From contig CBDCXR010000004.1 in assembly GCA_965223845.1 (NCBI GenBank), positions 2,208,001 through 2,272,000 on the forward strand: DNA of 64,000 nt. The letters are read 5' to 3'. The position numbers were made by a program, and so were the translations under genes. This stretch comes from Planctomycetota bacterium (GTDB lineage: Bacteria > Planctomycetota > UBA8108 > SXIK01). Position 1 is the first letter of the stretch. Every line of letters starts with the position of its first letter. Below the pieces are notes generated by a model. The model was not told the origin of the DNA and searched no databases. It saw only the letters and a list, made by a program, of their open reading frames with translations. Positions 28,730 to 39,027 of the stretch are shown here, piece after piece.

Positions 28730-29253
28730 CGCGTTCGTTCGTCTGTTCGCATCGGAACCGCCCGCTGCGCCGCGCAGAAACTCGACTCTACCGAGGGACG
28801 AGGGTCGAATCCCGTGCGCGTAAGGGCCGCGCGTGCACGACGGGCCTTGAGCATCACCTCCTTTCGAGTCTCCACCGGCACCATCCGAGTCGCCGGGGGA
28901 CTCCGTTGGCGACGGTGCTGCGTGTCGAGGAGCGGACTTCGCAAACGGGCGGCCAACGGCTTCGTGCGTCGCAAAAGCGGCTTGTTCGTGCTCTCCGAAC
29001 GCGTACGCGCGGTCGTGCGCGGAGCGTCGGAGCGCCGACGTAGGGTCCATCCTCGCGACGTGCACGTCCCTCTGAGCACGGAGAGCGGCCGCGACTTCCT
29101 CGGCCTGACAACGGGCCCGAGTCGCCGGGGGAAGACGCAACTGATCGCGCGTGCGCGATCAAGGTGATCGGGATCCGATCAGTGCGCCGCCGCATCACCG
29201 CGGGTCGCTTGCGCCGCTGGAGAACGAGCGGGCTCCGCGCTACAATCCGCGAC

Positions 29254-30108
29254 ATGGACCGCGTGCTCGGAGAGATGCGCCAGCTCGTCGAAGTCGTCGA
29301 TCGTCTGCGAGGTCCGGGCGGCTGCCCCTGGGACCAACAACAGACGCTCGCCGACATGGCGCGCCATATGACCGAAGAGGTCGCTGAAGTTGCCGATGCC
29401 GTCGAAGAGGACGGCGGGACCGCTTCCCCGGCGGTAGCGGAGGAGCTCGGCGACGTCCTCATGAACGTGCTCCTCGCCGCGCGCATCGGCTCGGAGACGG
29501 GTGGATTCGACCTCGGCACGGTCGCCGCAGGCATTCGCGAAAAACTCGTTCGACGCCACCCCCACGTCTTCGGGGACACCGAGGTCGACAGCGTCGACGA
29601 CGTCCTCACGAACTGGGAGGCGATCAAGGCGAGCGAGAAAACGGCGACGCCATCCGGCCGTCTGAGTCGCGTTCCGCGGAGCCTCGCGCCGCTGGCACGC
29701 GCGCACGAGCTTTCGAAGGCCGCAGCGCGCGTCGGCTTCGACTGGCCGAACGCGCAGGGCACTCTCGACAAGGTGCGCGAGGAGCTCGAGGAGGTGTCGT
29801 CCCTCATCGACGCCGAGTCCGGTTCGATCCCCGCGGGCGAAACGTCGGCGGCGGTCACCGCGGAGCTCCAGAGCGAGCTCGGCGATCTTCTGTTCGCCGT
29901 CGCAAACCTTTGCCGGAAGCTCGGCGTGCGACCGGACGACGCGCTACGCACGACGCTAAAGAAATTCGAGCGGCGGTTCCGTGCAATCGAGGAGCGGTTC
30001 CCCGATCCGTCGCGGCAGACGCTCGATGAGCTCGAGGCGGTGTGGGAGGAGGCGAAGCTCGCCGAGCGCTCCTCCGCGCCGGCTCCCCCAGGAGAGACGA
30101 GCGAATGA
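29254..30108 (+). CDS. mazG: nucleoside triphosphate pyrophosphohydrolase MazG (two-domain)
   Basis: 'RLRGPGGCPWDQQQT', 'EEVAEV', 'EELGDVL', 'KLVRRHPHVFG', 'VGFDW', 'ELGDLLF', 'KFERRF'. Confidence 0.95.
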   Translation: MDRVLGEMRQLVEVVDRLRGPGGCPWDQQQTLADMARHMTEEVAEVADAVEEDGGTASPAVAEELGDVLMNVLLAARIGSETGGFDLGTVAAGIREKLVRRHPHVFGDTEVDSVDDVLTNWEAIKASEKTATPSGRLSRVPRSLAPLARAHELSKAAARVGFDWPNAQGTLDKVREELEEVSSLIDAESGSIPAGETSAAVTAELQSELGDLLFAVANLCRKLGVRPDDALRTTLKKFERRFRAIEERFPDPSRQTLDELEAVWEEAKLAERSSAPAPPGETSE

Positions 30109-31142
30109 ACGTTTCCGCGGCCGGAGGCCCGAGCGTACGAGAGCGCCCCACCGGCGGCGACGTCCACCGCGTCGGCGCCGATCTCCGCGCGCTCCGCACG
30201 GAGCTCGCAGCGCGTATCGTCGGCCAGGAGGCCGTCATCACCGAGGTGCTCGCCGCGCTCCTCGTCGAGGGCCACTGCCTCGTCGTCGGCGTACCCGGTC
30301 TCGCAAAGACTCTACTTGTGAGCTCGATCGGCGAGCTTCTCGGGCTCGAGTTTCGGCGAATTCAGTTCACTCCGGACCTCATGCCGTCCGACATCACCGG
30401 CACTTCGGTTATCGCCGAGCGGGACGGCACGCGGGACTACCAGTTTCTCCGCGGGCCGATCTTCGCGAACTTGATTCTCGCCGACGAGATCAATCGCACG
30501 CCGCCGAAGACGCAGGCTGCGCTCATGGAAGCCATGGAAGAGCGCCAAGTCTCGGCGAGCGGCCGTCGCCATCGACTCGACCGGCCGTTCTTCGTTCTCG
30601 CGACGCAGAACCCCATCGAGCAGCGCGGAACCTATCCCCTCCCGATCTCGCAACTCGATCGCTTTCTCTTCAACGTGCTCATCGACTATCCCGAGCGCGA
30701 CGAAGAGTTCGACGTCCTCGTTCGCACGACGTCGGAATATCGCGCGAAGCCCTCGCGTTGTTTCGAGCGTGACGACGTCGTCCGCTGGATCGAAACCGGC
30801 CGCACCGTTCGTACGCCAGAGCCCGTTGTCCAGTACGCCGCCGCGCTCGCGCGCGCGACACGGCCGGAGGATGCCTCCTCGCCCCCGACTCTCCGATCGA
30901 AGCTGACGGCGGGGGCCGGCCCACGCGCGGCGCAGGCGCTCATCGCAGGCGCCCGGGCGATCGCGCTCATGGACGGACGCGGCGAGGCGAGGACGGACGA
31001 TGTGCGAACGATCGCTCTCCCTACACTCCGCCATCGAGTTCTTCTCAGCTACCACTCGAGCGCCGAGGGACTGAGCCCGGATGACCTCGTGCGGCAGGTG
31101 ATCGCGCACGTGGACGGTGGCGGCGACGGCGGCGCTCGGTAG
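30105..31142 (+). CDS. MoxR-family AAA+ ATPase
   Basis: 'GVPGLAKT', 'RIQFTPDLMPSDITG', 'LADEINRTPPKTQAAL', 'ATQNPIE..GTYPLP..QLDRF'; ATGA overlap with mazG. Confidence 0.95.
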   Translation: MNVSAAGGPSVRERPTGGDVHRVGADLRALRTELAARIVGQEAVITEVLAALLVEGHCLVVGVPGLAKTLLVSSIGELLGLEFRRIQFTPDLMPSDITGTSVIAERDGTRDYQFLRGPIFANLILADEINRTPPKTQAALMEAMEERQVSASGRRHRLDRPFFVLATQNPIEQRGTYPLPISQLDRFLFNVLIDYPERDEEFDVLVRTTSEYRAKPSRCFERDDVVRWIETGRTVRTPEPVVQYAAALARATRPEDASSPPTLRSKLTAGAGPRAAQALIAGARAIALMDGRGEARTDDVRTIALPTLRHRVLLSYHSSAEGLSPDDLVRQVIAHVDGGGDGGAR

Positions 31143-31237
31143 CTCGCGCGCCGGGGTCTGCGAGGTCGGCTCGATCGGGAGGGAGACTTGAGAGCGGTTC
31201 TTCCCAACGTGCGGCTTAAGGAATCCGGGAGTTCATC

Positions 31238-31687
31238 GTGCACCGCCTCGTCCGATTTCTGCTCATCACGATCGTATCGGGCGCGCTTCTGTTCCTCTTC
31301 TTGGCGGGGATCACGCTCCCGCTGCTCATCGACCCGTTTCCCCCGAGAGAACAAGGGACGGTTCCGTTTTCGGGCGAGAAGGTCCGATGGAGAGGCGGTG
31401 TGGTCGGATTGTGTGACTACAGCACGTACCCCGGCGGCTACGACTGGCAGGTCGAATGGGTCGGGGATGACGGCGAGCGGAAAGTCCTTCTCCACATCGG
31501 GGACGACAACACTCCGCTGATTCGAGTCGGGAGGAGCCGCGAGTTGCGCGTCTATTTCCGTCGAAGGATTTCGAGCGCTCACAGCGACAACGTTCCGATG
31601 CTCGCCGTGTTTGAGGACTTCGATCACGGCCCCGTGCTCGCAAAAGCTAAAGAACGCCGCCACGCGATCTGTCTCCCTCGACCGTGA
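31238..31687 (+). CDS. hypothetical membrane-anchored protein
   Basis: N-terminal hydrophobic helix, GGGAG upstream of GTG; more A/T-rich than the flanks. Confidence 0.5.
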   Translation: MHRLVRFLLITIVSGALLFLFLAGITLPLLIDPFPPREQGTVPFSGEKVRWRGGVVGLCDYSTYPGGYDWQVEWVGDDGERKVLLHIGDDNTPLIRVGRSRELRVYFRRRISSAHSDNVPMLAVFEDFDHGPVLAKAKERRHAICLPRP

Positions 31688-31768
31688 GAGCTCGAGCACG
31701 TCCGTTCGACGGAGTCCGTTGCCGTTGCCACACTCTGTGTGGCGAGCCGTGTTTCCAGGGATGGCTCT

Positions 31769-32452
31769 CTAGGAGTCTTCCTCTTCTTGTTCTCCCTCGA
31801 CGCCCTCGTCCGTCGTCGTCTCGTGATCTCGGCGGGACGATCCGACCTTGAACGCGGTCACGATGCCGAGCAGCGCAAAGATGAGATCGATGGGACTCAG
31901 GTTGCTGACCACCAGATCGACCAGGGAAATCTCCTCGGCGGCGTCAGCGCGAATCTGCAACACCTCTTCGCTCTTCAACCAAGTTTCGAGGTCCGGTTTC
32001 TCAGCGTGGAATTGACGCAAGTACGGAGCGTAGTCCTCCTCGAAGCGAACGAGTTCCTCTTGCGAAACTTCCTCAGCACTCCCGACCTCGGTGAAGTGGT
32101 GATCCACCATGAATCGAGCGTACTCGTCCTTCGATTCGAGCTTCGCAAAGTTCTCGGCCTCACGAGTGCGGTCGCCGTACAGCTCAACGATTCCCTCCTC
32201 AATTCCTTGGTCGACCGCCAACTGGCTGCCGAAGAATTTTCCGCCGAGGATCGACAGGATCGCGAGCACGGCGCAAATGGAACCCGCGGTGGAACCGTGG
32301 CTGCCGAAATAGTAGGAGCAGAAGCCGACCAGACCTCCAATCGCCCAGGCGACATAGCCCACCTCATAACCCGTAAAGTGGACGATCGCCGCCCAGATCA
32401 GCGCGCCGACGACGCCTCCGATCAGCGCAGCGATCATCGAGGCTGGTTTCAT
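31769..32452 (-). CDS. hypothetical membrane protein
   Basis: AAGGAG upstream of the ATG; 'GALIWAAIVHFTGYEVGYVAWAIGGLVG' TM hairpin and C-terminal 'SPIDLIFALLGIVTAFKVG'. Confidence 0.8.
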   Translation of the reverse strand: MKPASMIAALIGGVVGALIWAAIVHFTGYEVGYVAWAIGGLVGFCSYYFGSHGSTAGSICAVLAILSILGGKFFGSQLAVDQGIEEGIVELYGDRTREAENFAKLESKDEYARFMVDHHFTEVGSAEEVSQEELVRFEEDYAPYLRQFHAEKPDLETWLKSEEVLQIRADAAEEISLVDLVVSNLSPIDLIFALLGIVTAFKVGSSRRDHETTTDEGVEGEQEEEDS

Positions 32453-32769
32453 GTGTTCGTCTCCTTCGATCTCGCGAGGGGCCTCGCCAGCCGACCTATT
32501 CCTATCCGAGTACGGGCAACGTTCTATCCGGGCACCAAACCGTGTTCAAGCGCGATCCCGATTCCGTCCCTCGACGAACATCGCCGGCGGCATTTCGCGA
32601 CAGGAATCAGGACCGACGAATCGAAGTGTTCGGCGCGGTCCGACGCAGTGCGTTCGGTCCCGAGACTACGGAGCCTTGGATCTGTTCAAGCGAGAGCCCG
32701 CACTTCTACAGCCGCTCTCGCGGACTTACTAGCGTCCAGTGAACCTCGCCACCGGACGACGCGATGGGT

Positions 32770-35196
32770 TTAGGCCGTCTCGCGGACGTCCGACTCCGTC
32801 GCGGGCTGTTTCGCCGCGACGCCGAGGACGTAGGCGATGACCTCACGCGCGCACTCCTCGCAGTAGTGGTACTTCTCGCGCATGTTGCGGAGCGCGCGAT
32901 CGACCTGCTCTTTCTCGGCGTCGGAGAGAGAGTCGAACTCCTCCGTTCCGTACTTGAGGATGTCCTCCTCGATGAGCGTCAGCAGACGGTTTCGCTCGCG
33001 GTAGAACTTCTCGCGCATCGCGGTCGCGATCTCGGGAAAGAGCGCGTGGTAGTCGAGCGTGTCCTCGGGATGATCGAGAGACCACGCGGCGATGCGCGTC
33101 ATGACGGTCGAGCGAAACTTCTCCTCGCCGTCGTCCAGCGTGAGAAGCGATTCGATGGAGGCCATCAGTTCCTCGTTCGGCTCGACCGCAGCGCCGGTCG
33201 CCGGGTTCTGCACTTTCTCGCCCGTGTGAAACGCTTTCACGTGGCGGAAGTAGTCGAAGAAGACGCGGTCGTATTCTTCTTCGTCGACGAGCTCGATCGA
33301 TTCGTAGACTTCGTCCGTCACCCACTGAAGGTACAGGCCGCGCACGGATTCGAGGAAGGCCGCGGGATCGTGATACCCTTCGTCGGGGGCGATGCGCAAA
33401 TAGTCGTAGACACCCGACTCTCGAATGAGCTCCTCGAGGGCGCTGAACACCGCCATGGGCGTGAGGCAGCTTCGCCGGCCACTCTCGGCCGCACGCGCGA
33501 GCACGGTCATCATCTCGCGCGGCGAAGCCCCCCGCCGTCCCTCGTACTCGAGACCGGGGATGCCTTCGAATTCGGCCTCGGCGCCTTCGAATTCCCGCCG
33601 GATCTCGATCACTCCGGCACGAAGGGCCTTCCGATCCTCTTCGCTCAAGCGGGAAGGAGTTTCGCCTCGGTCGTAGAGAAGCGCTTTCTCGAGCGGCGCG
33701 AGCGACGCGACGACGCCCTTCAACCGGCCGGAGTACGCGTCTGGATCCGGTCGCCGCAGACGCGTGAGCACCGCCCAGAGCGCGGCGACGGAGGCCGTGT
33801 GAGGTGTGACGTGCCGCTCTCCCGCGTAGAGATCGATCTGCTTCGCATAGAGCGCCGCCTCGACCGAGTACCGGAGGAGGTACGGCACCGGGATGAGCTC
33901 CATCCGTCCTTTGAAGCTCGAGAAGTCCGCGCTTTGCTTGAAGAGGTTGAGTTGCTTCTCGTTCGAAGTCCCGACGATGACGAGGTCGAGATACGCCATG
34001 CAGTTCGCGAGACTGACGGTCCCGCGCTCGCATGTCGTGAGGAGGTACTTGTTCGTCTCGAGCGGCCTCTTGAGGAAGTCGCTGTACTCGAGAATGCCCC
34101 GATTCGCATCGACGATGTCGCCGACCGGCTCGTAGAGCGTGAGGTTCCGAAGCACATTCGGAAGACTCCACGAGCTGTCGTGCTGCACGTGGCGTGCTCC
34201 CGCGTCGACGTTCCCCTGCGGCTCGATGCTCACGGCCCCGACGCGATACCGCTTCGAGACGAAGAACCGCTCGACTTGAACGTGTCGGACGACCCGCCGC
34301 CAATCGCCGTGGTACGCGACGAGAAGGGCGTCGTAGATCCGGCGGCACTTCTGGCAGAGCTCGCCGTCGAGGAAGAGATCGTACGGAAAGTTCGGACGCT
34401 GCTCGGGCGCGGCGTTCGCGACCGCGGCCTCGACGATCTCCTGCCGCACGGGCTTCGGGAGGAGGTAGAGAGGGGAATCCCGGAGCTCGCACTCTAGCTT
34501 CGCGCTGACGTCCTTTTCACCGAGATACGCGAAGGTCTCGAGGTCGCTCGCCGTCTCCGGGTCGGACTCGAACCCGATTCGCTCGAGACGGCTCTCGCCC
34601 TCCGGGAACACCCAATTGAATCTGAGGAGAACGCCGTCGTCCGTGTGCGAGTACGCCTCGAGCCCACGTACGAGACACTCGACGACCGTCGTTTTCCCGG
34701 ATCCATTCGGGCCGTGGAGAAGAAACATCTTCTCCGATTTTCCCCGCCGGGCGGCCGCGAGGAGATAACCGTAGAGTTCCTCCTGCACGCGCTCCTGGCC
34801 CGAAAGGCTGAGCGCCTCGGCGGATGCGTCGGAATCGAAGACCCGGTAGCGAACGGCCTCCTGCCCCACTCGGTGCGCCTCGCCGAATCCGAAGCTGTCG
34901 ATCATGTCGACGACGTACTGCGCGGCGGTGCGGAGATGAAGGCGCGGTCGTTCCGTCAAGTGATCGAGATACTCGGCGAACGACTGGACGTGCTCGCTCT
35001 TCTGGAAGCTCTCGTCGACTTGCTTCTGAATCCTCTCCAACCACCGATCGCGCTCTGATTGCACGGCATCCTCGTCGGTTCCGCTCGCCGCTCGTCGATC
35101 CCGCGCAGGCCGGTCGCGCGCGACTTCGCCGGTGCACGTTCCCCGCTCAGAGAGAACGCGCGAAGCCTCATCTCCCGCATCTCCTTCCTTCGACAA
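32770..35196 (-). CDS. prkA: PrkA/YeaG-family serine protein kinase / AAA+ ATPase
   Basis: 'RTAAQYVVDM', Walker A 'LHGPNGSGKT', 'RGLEAYS', 'ANRGILEYSDFLKRP', 'VPYLL', 'YEGRRGASPRE', C-terminal 'YHYCEECA'. Confidence 0.85.
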   Translation of the reverse strand: MSKEGDAGDEASRVLSERGTCTGEVARDRPARDRRAASGTDEDAVQSERDRWLERIQKQVDESFQKSEHVQSFAEYLDHLTERPRLHLRTAAQYVVDMIDSFGFGEAHRVGQEAVRYRVFDSDASAEALSLSGQERVQEELYGYLLAAARRGKSEKMFLLHGPNGSGKTTVVECLVRGLEAYSHTDDGVLLRFNWVFPEGESRLERIGFESDPETASDLETFAYLGEKDVSAKLECELRDSPLYLLPKPVRQEIVEAAVANAAPEQRPNFPYDLFLDGELCQKCRRIYDALLVAYHGDWRRVVRHVQVERFFVSKRYRVGAVSIEPQGNVDAGARHVQHDSSWSLPNVLRNLTLYEPVGDIVDANRGILEYSDFLKRPLETNKYLLTTCERGTVSLANCMAYLDLVIVGTSNEKQLNLFKQSADFSSFKGRMELIPVPYLLRYSVEAALYAKQIDLYAGERHVTPHTASVAALWAVLTRLRRPDPDAYSGRLKGVVASLAPLEKALLYDRGETPSRLSEEDRKALRAGVIEIRREFEGAEAEFEGIPGLEYEGRRGASPREMMTVLARAAESGRRSCLTPMAVFSALEELIRESGVYDYLRIAPDEGYHDPAAFLESVRGLYLQWVTDEVYESIELVDEEEYDRVFFDYFRHVKAFHTGEKVQNPATGAAVEPNEELMASIESLLTLDDGEEKFRSTVMTRIAAWSLDHPEDTLDYHALFPEIATAMREKFYRERNRLLTLIEEDILKYGTEEFDSLSDAEKEQVDRALRNMREKYHYCEECAREVIAYVLGVAAKQPATESDVRETA

Positions 35197-35245
35197 TTCA
35201 TCTTACCGCTATGAACGGCAATCGACGGAGGCAGAGAGCCGCGGC

Positions 35246-35260
35246 GCGAAGCGCGCGCCA
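35246..35260 (-). promoter_or_regulatory. candidate sigma54 -24/-12 element upstream of prkA (TGGCGCG-CGCT-TCGC)
   Basis: GG-N10-GC spacing intact, two mismatches to TGGCACG-N4-TTGC; a chance match is possible in GC-rich DNA. Confidence 0.3.
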
Positions 35261-37174
35261 TCAACGCTGGCCGGCATCCCGCTCGTAGAGGCGGAGTTTC
35301 TGATAAAGCGTTTCGCGCGAGATTCCGAGAACGCCCGCCGCCTGCGCCTTGTTGCCCTCGGTCTCTTCGAGGACGCGGAGAATGTACTGGCGCTCGACGT
35401 CCGCGAGCGACTTGAGACGGAAGACCATCTTGCCTCGTCCCCGCTTCCGCACGTGGGGCGGAAGATCGGACGGGGTGATGCGCTTGCCGTCGCCGAGGAT
35501 CACCGCCTGCTCGAGCACGTTCCGCAGCTCGCGCACATTTCCCGGCCAGTGGTAGTTCTTGAGGCAACCGCGCGCGGGCTTCGTGATCGTGATCGGCGAC
35601 GAACCCAAATCGAGAAAGTGCCTCGCGATTTCGAGAACGTCGTCGCCGCGTTCCCGGAGCGGTGGCACCGTGACGGTCACGACGGCCAGACGAAAATAGA
35701 GATCCTCGCGGAACGCACCCTCGTCCTTCGCACGCTCGAGATCTCGATTCGTGGCGGCGATCACTCGGATGTCGACCTCGATCTCCTTCTTTCCGCCGAC
35801 GCGATAGAACCGCCGTTCCTGGAGGGCGCGGAGCAGCTTCACTTGCATGTCGAGCGGCATGTCGCCGATTTCGTCGAGGAACAGCGTGCCCTTGTGCGCG
35901 AGATCGAACTTTCCCTGCGCGGCCTGATCCGCCCCGGTGAACGCACCTTTCTCGTGCCCGAAGAGCTCGCTCTCGACGAGGGTCGGTGGGATCGCCGCGC
36001 AGTTGACCGCGACGAACGGCTGCTCGCGCCGCGGGGAACGTTGGTGAATCGCCCGCGCGATGAGCTCCTTTCCCGTGCCGTTTTCGCCCGAGATCAGAAC
36101 CGATGCGTCCCTCGGCGCGACGCGATCGATCACCTCGAACACCTTCTTGATCGCCTCGCAGCTGCCGATGAGCTCGTCGCCTCCTCCGACGAGGCTTCGC
36201 AGCTTCTCGTTCTCGCGCTCGAGCCGCCGGTAGAAGCGTAGATTCTCGAGGCTCATGCCCGCCATGCGACCCACGGCGTTTACGAACTGAAGATCCCCTC
36301 GATCGAGCTGCGTCGAGCGCGCTCGGGTGTCGACGTAGAGGAGCCCGAGAAAGTCGTCGCGGTGCGTGATCGGCACGCAGATGAACGAGCGAATCTTGAG
36401 ATCGATCACGCTCTCTCCGAACTCTTCGCGAGCGGGGACATCGCGCACCAAGAGTGCCGTCCGCTCGCGCTGGACCCGGTGGAGAATGCTCTCGCTCATC
36501 TCGAGAACGCGCGCGTCCTTCCCTGCTTCCGGATCCCAGAATCGAACGACGGACAGGGCGTAGGGATCGAACTGTCGCCCCACGGGGACGAGCCCGAAGA
36601 ACCCACGTTCAGCACCGGTGTGACGCGTCGCCGAGGAGAGCACGACGTCGTAGAGCTCTTCTTCGTCCGCGACGCTGAAGAGCTGCTCGCTCAGTTCGTA
36701 GAGGCTGCTCAAGCGTTCGTTCGCGGCGGCGATCCCGTCGGCGGTGGCGGTCTCGGGCTGAAGGCTCGCCGTCGCGACGTCGAGGCTGATCGCGCCGAGC
36801 TCGGGCGCGAGCACGGAATCTTCGCTGCTCGGAACGACCCGCACCGGCGAGTTCTCGGCGGAGGGAATCTCGACGAGGAGCTCCGTTCGACCGAGCGTGA
36901 TGCGATCGCCGTGAACGACGCGCCGGAGGCCGACCACTTCTTCGGCGTTCACGCGCAGCGGGTTTTTCGCGCCGACGTCGTGGAGGACGAGATCCTTCCC
37001 GTCGAACTCCAGTTCGGCGTGGTGACGCGAGACGAGCGAGTCCTGAAGGATGAGGTGATTGTCCGGCCCGCGCCCGACCGTCCAGCGACCTTCATCGACG
37101 ACAAACACATCGCCTGTCGCAGCCCCTTCGGTCAGGACCCGGATCTGTGGGTTCGCTATCTCGGGTGGCTCCAT
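35261..37174 (-). CDS. sigma54-dependent enhancer-binding protein with N-terminal FHA and GAF domains
   Basis: FHA 'VGRGPDN...VSRHHAEL'; GAF 'IRSFICVPI...LGLLYVD'; AAA 'GENGTGKE', '[13 protein letters not shown]', 'LFLDEIG', 'WPGNVREL'; Fis HTH '[21 protein letters not shown]'. Confidence 0.93.
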   Translation of the reverse strand: MEPPEIANPQIRVLTEGAATGDVFVVDEGRWTVGRGPDNHLILQDSLVSRHHAELEFDGKDLVLHDVGAKNPLRVNAEEVVGLRRVVHGDRITLGRTELLVEIPSAENSPVRVVPSSEDSVLAPELGAISLDVATASLQPETATADGIAAANERLSSLYELSEQLFSVADEEELYDVVLSSATRHTGAERGFFGLVPVGRQFDPYALSVVRFWDPEAGKDARVLEMSESILHRVQRERTALLVRDVPAREEFGESVIDLKIRSFICVPITHRDDFLGLLYVDTRARSTQLDRGDLQFVNAVGRMAGMSLENLRFYRRLERENEKLRSLVGGGDELIGSCEAIKKVFEVIDRVAPRDASVLISGENGTGKELIARAIHQRSPRREQPFVAVNCAAIPPTLVESELFGHEKGAFTGADQAAQGKFDLAHKGTLFLDEIGDMPLDMQVKLLRALQERRFYRVGGKKEIEVDIRVIAATNRDLERAKDEGAFREDLYFRLAVVTVTVPPLRERGDDVLEIARHFLDLGSSPITITKPARGCLKNYHWPGNVRELRNVLEQAVILGDGKRITPSDLPPHVRKRGRGKMVFRLKSLADVERQYILRVLEETEGNKAQAAGVLGISRETLYQKLRLYERDAGQR

Positions 37175-37637
37175 CCGCCGACGCCGTCCTCCTCGGTCGC
37201 GCGGAACAGCCGGTTCTCTCCGCCGCCCGTCCGCCCACAACTCTTCACCCGCGTCCGATACGCCTCCCGACCGGCATCCGAGTCGGACGCACGCCCTACT
37301 CGAATCGGTCTGCGACGGACCGGCGACCTCGGTTCCGGCGTCGGTCGGCCGCGCGCTACGCTAACGATGACTGAATTCCGATTCTAACCGAGGGCGGGAG
37401 GGCGGGACAACCGGCGGATCGGTCGAGACGTCCCGGATTCGATCCCTAATCCTCAAAACGGGGGATAGTTATGACGCGGCGCGCCCCACTCACTCGGACC
37501 CAGCCCGGACGCTCCGACGTCCGCGTGTTAGGCTGAGGAGTAGGGAGATTCCGCGGAATCGCGCCCCGCGCGAAGGGCCCGGACACCGGGTTCGCCGCCG
37601 CCGGGGCCCCGTCCGTCTCTACACCCAAGAGGACGAT

Positions 37638-38969
37638 ATGTCGGAGATCGCAACGAACCCGCACCCCGCCCCCGAAGCCGTGCACGACCTGGTCCGGCGC
37701 CACCTGATCGGCGACGGATTCGAGATCGTGTTCGATCTCGAACGAAGCCACGGCTCCTGGATCCGTGACGCCGCGAGCGGACGAGAGTACCTCGACTTCT
37801 ACAGCTTCTTCGCCAGCCTCCCCCTCGGATTCCACCACCCCGCCCTCCACCGGCCCGAGAGCGAGGAACGACTCCTCAGTGCGTCTCTGCACAAGCCCTC
37901 GAATTCCGACGCTCACTCGCGCGAGCTCGCCGAGTTCGTCGAGTGCTTTGCGGCGCACGCGATGCCGAGCCCCTTCGAGCATCTCTTTTTCGTCGAAGGT
38001 GGTGCCCTCGCCGTCGAGAACGCACTCAAGACGGCGTTCGATTGGAAGGTGCGCAAGAATCTAGCTGCGGGGAGAGAGCCGCGCGGGAGCCGAGTGCTTC
38101 ATTTTCGCGATGCGTTCCACGGGCGGAGCGGATACACCCTCTCGCTGACGAACACGCTCCCGATCAAGACGGCCCACTTCCCGAAATTCGACTGGCCGCG
38201 GGTGCGCAATCCCGCACTCCGATTCCCGGTCGACGCGGCGGAGACCGAACGCGTCGCCGCGGAAGAGCGCGCCGCGCTCGAGGAGATCTCGGCTGCGTTT
38301 GCTTCGCACCCTGACGACATCGCGGCCATCATCATCGAGCCAGTCCAGGGAGAAGGCGGCGACCACCACTTTCGTCCCGAATTCTTCTCCGAGCTGCGCC
38401 GAATCGCAGACACCGAGGACGCGCTTCTCATCTTCGACGAGGTTCAGTCCGGATTCGGTCTCACCGGACGCTTCTGGGCGTACGAGCACGCCGGCGTGAC
38501 GCCCGACATCGTCGCGTTCGGAAAGAAGAGTCAGGTCTGCGGAATCATGGCCGGTCCGCGCGTCGACGACGTTCCCGACAACGTGTTCCGCTTGTCCTCG
38601 CGCATCAACTCGACGTGGGGGGGCGGCCTCGTCGACATGGTCCGCTGTCAGGTCGTCCTCGAGACGATCGTCGCGGAGGGGCTCGTCGAAAACGCCGCCG
38701 CCGTCGGTGAGATCCTCCTCGACTCGCTGCACGAGGTCGCGGCGGAGCACGCTCCGGTGACGAACGTCCGTGGGCTCGGCCTCATGTGCGCGTTCGACCT
38801 CCCCGATCCCGAGTCGCGCGAAAGAGTGCTCGCGGCAGCTCTGGCGGAGGGAGTGCTCATCCTTCCGTGCGGAAAGAGCTCTGTCCGCCTCCGCCCGGCG
38901 CTCACTCTCTCTGAAGACGAGGCCGTCGAGGGCGCACGCCGAATCGGACGAGCACTCGCGAGCGCGTAG
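37638..38969 (+). CDS. lat: L-lysine 6-transaminase (class III PLP aminotransferase)
   Basis: 'YLDFYSFFASLPLGFHHP', 'KPSNSD', 'GGALAVENALKTAFDWK', 'AFHGRSGYTLSLTNT', 'FDEVQSG', 'FGKK', 'RINSTWGG'. Confidence 0.92.
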   Translation: MSEIATNPHPAPEAVHDLVRRHLIGDGFEIVFDLERSHGSWIRDAASGREYLDFYSFFASLPLGFHHPALHRPESEERLLSASLHKPSNSDAHSRELAEFVECFAAHAMPSPFEHLFFVEGGALAVENALKTAFDWKVRKNLAAGREPRGSRVLHFRDAFHGRSGYTLSLTNTLPIKTAHFPKFDWPRVRNPALRFPVDAAETERVAAEERAALEEISAAFASHPDDIAAIIIEPVQGEGGDHHFRPEFFSELRRIADTEDALLIFDEVQSGFGLTGRFWAYEHAGVTPDIVAFGKKSQVCGIMAGPRVDDVPDNVFRLSSRINSTWGGGLVDMVRCQVVLETIVAEGLVENAAAVGEILLDSLHEVAAEHAPVTNVRGLGLMCAFDLPDPESRERVLAAALAEGVLILPCGKSSVRLRPALTLSEDEAVEGARRIGRALASA

Positions 38970-39027
38970 CACGCGCGAAGCCGAGATTCAGCGCGAGACT
39001 CGGAACGTTTCGCGCTCCGAACCCGGG

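Noticed and set aside
28560-28730. Lysine riboswitch upstream of dapB (GAGGTGC word on the minus strand)
   Set aside because: The other conserved elements and the five-way junction could not be built; a rod-like fold fits better and dapB has its own promoter downstream
28853-28864. 16S rRNA 3' end or rRNA gene remnant
   Set aside because: Only 12 nt match; the flanking helix-45 sequence is absent
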